DNA of 45,718 nt, from assembly GCA_045577115.1 (NCBI GenBank), contig JAZNHX010000216.1, forward strand, positions 1 to 45,718, in the 5' to 3' direction. Under the pieces are notes generated by a model. That model had not been told where the DNA came from. It made no database searches and was given only the letters and a program-made list of their open reading frames with translations. Position numbers and translations under genes: made by a program. Below, piece by piece: positions 39,264-45,718 of this stretch; positions within the stretch are counted from its first letter, which is position 1; every line of letters begins with the position of its first letter. The stretch is from Faecalimonas sp. GTDB lineage: Bacteria; Bacillota; Clostridia; Lachnospirales; Lachnospiraceae.

Positions 39264-39299
39264 ATAAAAAATGGATGGGAATGACCCATCCATTTTTAT
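39264..39299. terminator. Bidirectional intrinsic terminator
   Basis: AAAAAATGGATGGG-AATGA-CCCATCCATTTTT between convergent genes. Confidence 0.85.
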
Positions 39300-39303
39300 T
39301 TTC

Positions 39304-40899
39304 CTATTTTACCGCTGTCACCACATTGGTCTTCTCACCAATCTTATATTCCAACGTAATATCCTGTCCAACCTCATACTTGATAATATCGATAAACTCA
39401 GCTACGGAAATATCAAAGATATCCTCTGAGCCTTCCACCATGATAAAGTAATGGGAATTGCCGCCCACAACGCCCTGTACAATTTTTGTAATCGCACCGG
39501 TAATTGTTCCGGTCTTGCGGTTATCTTCCACCACCTGAATACCTTCCTTCAGAAGCAGTTTCTGATATTCATCCTCGCATTCGCCGACTGTATCACCAAT
39601 TCCTACCACCTGGTACTTTTGCACGTTAACCATCGCATATTTCTTCACAAGACCTGCATTGTCCTTGAGTGCGATAAAATACGTCGGTTCTCCACCAATA
39701 TTAAGAAGCAGCGGAAATGTTGCAACGTATTTGAGGTTCTGCACCTGACCTTCAGCAGAAGCCATCGCAGAAGTCTCTGTAGCACCTTCAATCGCGTAGA
39801 ACTTTGTCTCCATTGTTCTCTGATTCATCAGCACAAAGCCAACATTTGACTGGTCGCCGCTTACTGATGTCACACCGGTATATACCCACACATCATCATC
39901 GATAGCAAGATAATTGTATCCTTCTGTTGTCACAAGACAATCCTTCTGACCAAGAACACTATTAATGAATCCGTGCTTTAAAGTTCCATAATAGTCAAAT
40001 AATGATACCAGCAAATCTGCCGAATATGCTCTGTCAATCCACTGTGGCACATCTTCTATCTTATAATCGATTGTCTCACCTGTAATCGCATTACAGAGAA
40101 CCACGCGCCCTACTGTCTCACCGCCAAAGAGACCGATGTTAAACTTCTTCACCGGACAAACCCAGAACGGTGTGCCTTCTTCATCCACCTCAAAACTCAA
40201 CTCATTGAAAATGTAGGTTGGATAGTTAAATCTCAGATGTCTGTAAATATTACGGTTAAAATACTCTGCCGTAGAATATTTAATTCCCCTTTCCAGCTTG
40301 ACAAGTTCCGTCGACTGTGTCGCCATATCAATCATAATATATGCCGGAATACCTTCGGCCTGATTGGTCAGCCATTTAATTGGGCTAGCATATCTGAGTG
40401 GGGAAACACGTACCGGCTTATCCTTATAGTTAATCTGACTGTAGATTTCATCCACCTCAAACTGCGAAGCCATATCAATCATGCTGCCCATCTTACGATT
40501 GCCGAGAATCGTTGCAGATGCACGATCCAAAAGCGGAATCTGATCGTAAGACAATTCCTCAATATCTTTGGTAAACTCTCCATCATTTACCGTAAGTAAC
40601 TTCTGATATTTCTTCGCATTTACGATTGGTGATGATAGAACTGAACCAATCAAATATACGGCAACCACCAAAAGCAAACATCCAATCCAGACCTTGACCA
40701 CTTTTGACAACCGAATTTCTTCTAAGCCATAACGTTTTCTGACAACGTATACGACCAACGAAAGTCCTATCAACAACATGATAAAGAACCAAAGACCGGC
40801 TGCATGAATGTTAATTGCAGGAAGCGTAATATAATAATAGATTCCCGCGAACAAAAGCAATGCAATTGCTCCGATAAGTTTTATCTTGAAATTCTTCAC
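39304..40899 (-). CDS. Conserved-looking membrane protein, three N-terminal TMs and large soluble domain, function unknown
   Basis: 531-aa ORF, GTG start, AGGAGGG RBS overlapping the trkH stop. Confidence 0.8.
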   Translation of the reverse strand: MKNFKIKLIGAIALLLFAGIYYYITLPAINIHAAGLWFFIMLLIGLSLVVYVVRKRYGLEEIRLSKVVKVWIGCLLLVVAVYLIGSVLSSPIVNAKKYQKLLTVNDGEFTKDIEELSYDQIPLLDRASATILGNRKMGSMIDMASQFEVDEIYSQINYKDKPVRVSPLRYASPIKWLTNQAEGIPAYIMIDMATQSTELVKLERGIKYSTAEYFNRNIYRHLRFNYPTYIFNELSFEVDEEGTPFWVCPVKKFNIGLFGGETVGRVVLCNAITGETIDYKIEDVPQWIDRAYSADLLVSLFDYYGTLKHGFINSVLGQKDCLVTTEGYNYLAIDDDVWVYTGVTSVSGDQSNVGFVLMNQRTMETKFYAIEGATETSAMASAEGQVQNLKYVATFPLLLNIGGEPTYFIALKDNAGLVKKYAMVNVQKYQVVGIGDTVGECEDEYQKLLLKEGIQVVEDNRKTGTITGAITKIVQGVVGGNSHYFIMVEGSEDIFDISVAEFIDIIKYEVGQDITLEYKIGEKTNVVTAVK

Positions 40900-40911
40900 A
40901 AAAAATCCCTC

Positions 40912-42357
40912 CTAGAATTTTTTTCTCCATAAATTCGGAGATAGTAACATTAACAATGGAAATACTTCCAAACGACCAATCAACATATCCGCACAAAAAA
41001 CGAATTTCGACAACACGGAAAAATTAGAAAAATTCTCAATCGGTCCGACACCGGCCAAGCCCGGTCCAACATTGTTCAGTGTGGTAAGCACCCCACTAAA
41101 CGTCGTTGTGAAATCATAATTATTCAGAGAAACAAGGAGTATAGACATAATAAAAACTGCTATATATGCAATAAAATACATATATACACCCTGCATCGTA
41201 CTCTCGCTGACCTTCTTCTGATTAATCTTCACAAGATTTACAGACTGTGGATGAAGGAGACGCTTCATTTCACGTTTCACACTCTTGAGCATAATCAAAA
41301 TACGGGACACCTTCATACCACCTCCGGTCGAACCAGCACAGGCACCGATAACCATCAACAAAAGAAGTATGCACTTCGAAAACTCCGGCCACAGATTGAA
41401 ATCCGCTGTGACAAATCCGGTTGTCGTAATGATTGCCACCACTTGAAACACTGCATAGCGAAATGCCTTTAACGGCGTCTCATATACACTCAAAATATTC
41501 AGTGTAATCAAAACAGTTGCTCCAAGAATCACACCGAGATACGCTCTCAGCTCCTCATTTTTGAACACTGCTTTTATCTTCTTAAGAAGCAAGAAATAAT
41601 ATACATTAAAGTTAATTCCAAATAGAATCATAAATACGGTAATCACGCCATCAATGTAAGCACTATTATAGTATGCCACACTGTTGCTTCGATTATTAAA
41701 TCCACCTGTGCCGGCAGTACTAAATGAATGAATCACACTGTCATACAGGCTCATTCCACCTACAAGGAGGAATATAACCTCAGTAATGGTCAAAACCAAG
41801 TACATCCCATAGAGAATCTTTGCAGTATCTCTTGCCTTGGGAACCAATTTATCTGTCTCAGGTCCCGGCACTTCAGCTCGCATCAGGTGCATCGAGTTCT
41901 TATCTTCCAAAGAGACAATCACCATAACAAAGACCAGCACACCCATACCGCCAATCCAGTGGGTGAAACATCTCCAGAAATTCATTCCCATCGACAGAGA
42001 CGAAGCATCCGTCAGAATGGTAGAACCTGTAGTGGTAAAACCGGATACCGTTTCAAAAAAAGCATCTACATAAAATGGAATCTCTCCAGAAAGCCAGAAC
42101 GGCAATGCTCCGAATAGCGACCACAGAATCCATGCACATGCAATAATGATAAATCCATCTCTTCCGTAAATCGTAGAATCCTTCGGCTTTTTCTTGCCAA
42201 ATGCAAGATACACAACTGCCAGAATCACACTGGTTATTAAGAAGTATTTCCATCCTTCCTCATTATAAATCCACGACACAAATGCCGGAATGAAAAGAAC
42301 CAACGCTTCCACACCCAGCATCTTGCCCAATATATACGTTGTCATTCTATTATTCAT
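40912..42357 (-). CDS. trkH: Trk potassium uptake permease
   Basis: FETVSGFTTTG, GTGGF, TTTGF, GSTGGG.KV.R, NVGPG, GRLE. Confidence 0.96.
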   Translation of the reverse strand: MNNRMTTYILGKMLGVEALVLFIPAFVSWIYNEEGWKYFLITSVILAVVYLAFGKKKPKDSTIYGRDGFIIIACAWILWSLFGALPFWLSGEIPFYVDAFFETVSGFTTTGSTILTDASSLSMGMNFWRCFTHWIGGMGVLVFVMVIVSLEDKNSMHLMRAEVPGPETDKLVPKARDTAKILYGMYLVLTITEVIFLLVGGMSLYDSVIHSFSTAGTGGFNNRSNSVAYYNSAYIDGVITVFMILFGINFNVYYFLLLKKIKAVFKNEELRAYLGVILGATVLITLNILSVYETPLKAFRYAVFQVVAIITTTGFVTADFNLWPEFSKCILLLLMVIGACAGSTGGGMKVSRILIMLKSVKREMKRLLHPQSVNLVKINQKKVSESTMQGVYMYFIAYIAVFIMSILLVSLNNYDFTTTFSGVLTTLNNVGPGLAGVGPIENFSNFSVLSKFVFCADMLIGRLEVFPLLMLLSPNLWRKKF

Positions 42358-42367
42358 GGCTCATCCT

Positions 42368-43726
42368 CTATTCCAAAATATCCGCGATATCTTGAATCCT
42401 TCTCGACTTCGTTACAACAACAACGGTATCTCCCACCTGAATACAGTCATTACCACTAGGAATAATAACCTTGCGGTTACGACCAATGCAGGCAATCAGG
42501 TTATTTGCCTTAATCTTCAAATCTTTCAACGGAACCTTCGTATATTCCGTATCCTGCTTCACAACGAACTCCAACGCTTCCACGCGGTCATCTACCAGAC
42601 GATACATCGCCTCTACATTAGCGCTTGCAAGCGAATTCTGTCTCGCACGAACATAGCTGAAGATAGCATCTGCAGTTGCTGTCTTCGCAGACACAATACT
42701 GTCAAGTCCCATACCGTCAACCATCTGTGCACGGGAATCCTCATTTACCTTAGCAACAATCTTGTGAACGCCCTCTCTCTTCGCGAAAAGTCCCATAATA
42801 ATGTTCTCTTCATCCATACCGGTGAGTGCGATAAATGCATCTGCCTCACGCACACCTTCCTCTAAGAGAAGGTCATGGTCTGTCGCATCACCCTGAATGA
42901 TTGTAACTTCCGGGAGTTGTTCACAGAGAAATTCACACTTGTCGCGGTTCAATTCAATCATCTTAACCTGCATACCCATGGTACAGAGGTTCTTCGCAAG
43001 ATAATAACCAACTCGTCCACCACCGCAAATGAGTACATTCTTGATACGTTTCTTGCGATTGCCTATACGTTCAAAAAATTGCTCAATCTCCTTGTGGCTA
43101 GCCGCAATATGAAGCTTGTCCCCCGCATGAATCACAAATTCACCATCCGGGATAAAGACCTCCTGTCCTCTCTGCACGGCACACACCAATATCTTAATCT
43201 GGAATCTTTTATAAATATCTGCAAGCGTATTGCCCACTAACGTGTTCCCTTCACGTATTGGGAATTCCACAAGTTCCAATCTTCCCTTAACGAAAGTCTC
43301 AACCTTACTCGCTGCCGGGAAAATAAGATTTCTCGCGATTTCATTTGCAACCGCATATTCCGGATTGACAACCATGCTGAGTCGTAAATCTTCCTTCAAA
43401 ATATCAATCTGTTTGTAGTAGATTGGATTACGAACACGAGCTATCGTGTGCTTTGCGCCAAGTCTTCTGGCAACCAGACAGCTGAGCATGTTCAGCTCGT
43501 CTGTCGAAGCACAGGCAATCACGAGGTCAGCATTTGCAACACCTGCCTCCTCCTGCACAGCCGCGCTAACACCATCTCCCGAAAAACAACTGATATCCAG
43601 GTTGTTAATCGCAGTCTTCAGCTTCTCTTCATTATTATCAATTAAAACCACATCATAATCATCTTCTGATAAATGTTTTGCAAGCTTATAACCTACTTTT
43701 CCATCACCAATAATTACAATCTTCAT
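42368..43726 (-). CDS. trkA: Trk potassium uptake NAD-binding subunit
   Basis: Two RCK domains (GDGKVG, GGGRVG, DEENI). Start ATG 43726 with a GAGGG RBS. Confidence 0.96.
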   Translation of the reverse strand: MKIVIIGDGKVGYKLAKHLSEDDYDVVLIDNNEEKLKTAINNLDISCFSGDGVSAAVQEEAGVANADLVIACASTDELNMLSCLVARRLGAKHTIARVRNPIYYKQIDILKEDLRLSMVVNPEYAVANEIARNLIFPAASKVETFVKGRLELVEFPIREGNTLVGNTLADIYKRFQIKILVCAVQRGQEVFIPDGEFVIHAGDKLHIAASHKEIEQFFERIGNRKKRIKNVLICGGGRVGYYLAKNLCTMGMQVKMIELNRDKCEFLCEQLPEVTIIQGDATDHDLLLEEGVREADAFIALTGMDEENIIMGLFAKREGVHKIVAKVNEDSRAQMVDGMGLDSIVSAKTATADAIFSYVRARQNSLASANVEAMYRLVDDRVEALEFVVKQDTEYTKVPLKDLKIKANNLIACIGRNRKVIIPSGNDCIQVGDTVVVVTKSRRIQDIADILE

Positions 43727-43790
43727 TGTTTTGTCCCTCATATTATCGTTCATTTATAGTAATATAAAATGAATTATAGCACTTTCGTAG

Positions 43791-43822
43791 AAAAAAACAA
43801 GGGCATGAAGTGAATCATGCCC
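43791..43822 (-). terminator. Terminator downstream of EF-G paralog
   Basis: GGGCATGA-N6-TCATGCCC with a minus-strand TTGTTTTTTT tail. Confidence 0.7.
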
Positions 43823-43875
43823 CTGTCCTTGCGGAAATCCTTAGACCGACCTACAGTCTCCGGATTGTAAACATA

Positions 43876-45718
43876 TTATTCTTCAGCTGCTCTCTTTGCA
43901 ATTTCTTTTTCCTGAACATCTGATGGTGCTTGTTCGTAGCGAACAAATTCATATTCGTATGTTCCCCTACCACCTGTCATAGAACGAAGAACTGTACAAT
44001 ATCCGAACACACCTGTCATTGGGATGTCAGCCTCGATAATCTGGTTGCCACCTGCGATAGGGGTCATACCAAGTACACGTCCACGACGCTTGTTAAGATC
44101 ACCCATAACATCACCAGTAAATTCATCAGGTACTGTAACTTTAATGTTAGCGATAGGTTCAAGGAGAACCGGACTAGCTTCCATGAAGCCTTTCTTAAAT
44201 GCCTGAATAGTAGCTGTCTTGAACGCCATTTCTGAAGAGTCTACCGGATGGTAAGAGCCATCGTACAATACTGCTTTCACACCAACTACAGGATATCCGG
44301 CCAAAGGACCCTTCACTACTGATTCCTGAAGACCTTTTTCAACTGCAGGGAAGTAGTTCTTCGGAACTGCTCCACCAACAACGATCTGCTCAAATACGAA
44401 AGGAGTCTCAAGGTCGCCTGAAGGTTCAAATGTCATCTTAACGTGACCATATTGTCCATGTCCACCTGACTGTTTCTTATATTTTGTATCCACGTCAGAT
44501 TTCTTGCGCAATGTCTCACGGAAAGCAACCTTCGGTGTTTCAAGAGCAACATCCACTTTGTAGCGGCTTGCAAGCTTGCTCACAACGATTTCAAGGTGTT
44601 GGTCACCCATACCATAGATGAGTGTCTGACGGTTCTCACTGTCATTCACAACCTTGAGTGTCACATCTTCTGCCATCATCTTAGCAAGTGCCTGAGAAAC
44701 TTTATCCTCATCGCCCTTTGCCTTTACAACATATTTCATATATGTATATGGAACAGAGTATTCTGTCTTACCATACATTACCTGTGTATTCTTCGTAGAA
44801 AGACTATCACCTGTCTTAACACCTGAAAGTTTCGCAATCGCTCCGATATCACCTGCGTGGAGTTCCGGAACCTCTACCGGTTTATTACCAATCATGGTGT
44901 ATAATTTGCCAAGCTTAGCCTCTGTATCATCAGATGTATTAAAGAGAACATCATCTCCCTTAAGAACACCTGAGCAAACCTTTACAAATGAGTATTTACG
45001 GATGAATGGGTCAACGATTGTCTTAAATACATATGCACTCTTAGATTTAGAGAAATCATAGTTTGCTTCGAAAATCTCATTTGTCTTGCGGTTGATACCT
45101 GCACAAGACTTCTTGTCAGGACTTGGGAAGAAGCGAACAATGTCAGACAATAAGTTCGCAACACCCTGAGCCTCTGTGTTAGAACCCATAGCTACAGGAA
45201 CAATACTTCCGTCTGTTACAGACATACGCATCGCTGCACGAATCTCTTCTACTGAGAACTCTTCACCTGCAAAATATCTATCCATAAAGTCTTCACTTGT
45301 CTCAGCAACTGCTTCCATCAAAGCGTCACGACAAATCTGAAGGTTAGGCAGACAGTAATCAGGAATCTCACATTCCTCTCGTGAAGCAATACCTGTATAT
45401 CTTCTACCTGCATTTTTAATAACGTTTACATATCCAACTAATTTTTCATTTTCACGAATCGGTTGGAAATGAGGTGCAATCTTCTTTCCGTATTTTGCTG
45501 TCAAATCTTCCACAACCTGACGGAAACTTGCATCGTCAACATCCATCTCTGTCACATAAATCATTCTAGGAAGTTTGTACTTGTCACAAAGTTCCCAAGC
45601 CTTTTCTGTTCCGACTTCTACACCTGCTTTACCGGAAACAACGATAACCGCTGCATCTGCTGCGCTCACTGCCTCTTCTACTTCACCTACAAAGTCAAAA
45701 TAACCAGGTGTATCCAAC
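43876..45718 (-). CDS. fusA2: Elongation factor G paralog (EF-G II type), 5' end outside window
   Basis: DTPGYFDF, GMGDQHLE, KKQSGGHGQYGHV, DGSYHPVDSSEMAF, LRSMTGGRG. Confidence 0.88.
   Translation of the reverse strand, partial: LDTPGYFDFVGEVEEAVSAADAAVIVVSGKAGVEVGTEKAWELCDKYKLPRMIYVTEMDVDDASFRQVVEDLTAKYGKKIAPHFQPIRENEKLVGYVNVIKNAGRRYTGIASREECEIPDYCLPNLQICRDALMEAVAETSEDFMDRYFAGEEFSVEEIRAAMRMSVTDGSIVPVAMGSNTEAQGVANLLSDIVRFFPSPDKKSCAGINRKTNEIFEANYDFSKSKSAYVFKTIVDPFIRKYSFVKVCSGVLKGDDVLFNTSDDTEAKLGKLYTMIGNKPVEVPELHAGDIGAIAKLSGVKTGDSLSTKNTQVMYGKTEYSVPYTYMKYVVKAKGDEDKVSQALAKMMAEDVTLKVVNDSENRQTLIYGMGDQHLEIVVSKLASRYKVDVALETPKVAFRETLRKKSDVDTKYKKQSGGHGQYGHVKMTFEPSGDLETPFVFEQIVVGGAVPKNYFPAVEKGLQESVVKGPLAGYPVVGVKAVLYDGSYHPVDSSEMAFKTATIQAFKKGFMEASPVLLEPIANIKVTVPDEFTGDVMGDLNKRRGRVLGMTPIAGGNQIIEADIPMTGVFGYCTVLRSMTGGRGTYEYEFVRYEQAPSDVQEKEIAKRAAEE

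Noticed and set aside
43780-43870. c-di-AMP or c-di-GMP-I riboswitch upstream of trkA
   Set aside because: Only a GGTCTAAG fragment resembles c-di-GMP-I; the other conserved segments of either class are absent.
1306-45164. Numerous 60-190 aa antisense or alternate-frame ORFs (for example 6905-7396, 10141-10692, 31449-32009, 42290-42865)
   Set aside because: Shadows of well-supported genes, with no RBS or domain signal.

Overview
A 45.7-kb, mostly housekeeping chromosomal segment from a low-GC Firmicute, most likely Lachnospiraceae/Clostridia (inferred from gene content and protein style). In order it carries: partial trpS, a histidine phosphatase, luxS, a DeoR regulator, a complete IS1182-family element with a 22-bp palindromic target duplication, and a divergent gpsA. 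Next come a GlgX-like/TraX-like/DUF5662 operon, DUF1292, a GlpP-controlled glycerol-3-phosphate dehydrogenase operon with a leader terminator, and a decayed hipBA module. A long comEA-RR-HK-GerMN-comEC-holA-lepA-hemW run follows, then a DMT gene and argCJBD divergent from argG with tandem ARG boxes. The rest is DUF1015, a dipeptidase, a PuuD-like hydrolase, an ABC-F protein, a 53-aa ORF missing from the ORF track, a GC-rich structured intergenic element, leuS, an XRE protein, a small P-loop protein, trkA-trkH plus a membrane protein, and a partial EF-G paralog. I saw no rRNA, tRNA or CRISPR array. Best leads: (i) the candidate structured RNA and small ORF downstream of leuS; (ii) a GlgX-like protein that has lost its catalytic triad, in an operon with an orphan TraX acyltransferase and an HD-like protein; (iii) a three-component RR/HK/GerMN system placed between comEA and comEC; (iv) a terminator-targeting, apparently self-insulating IS. 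All family calls come from motif recognition by eye; no database searches were run.
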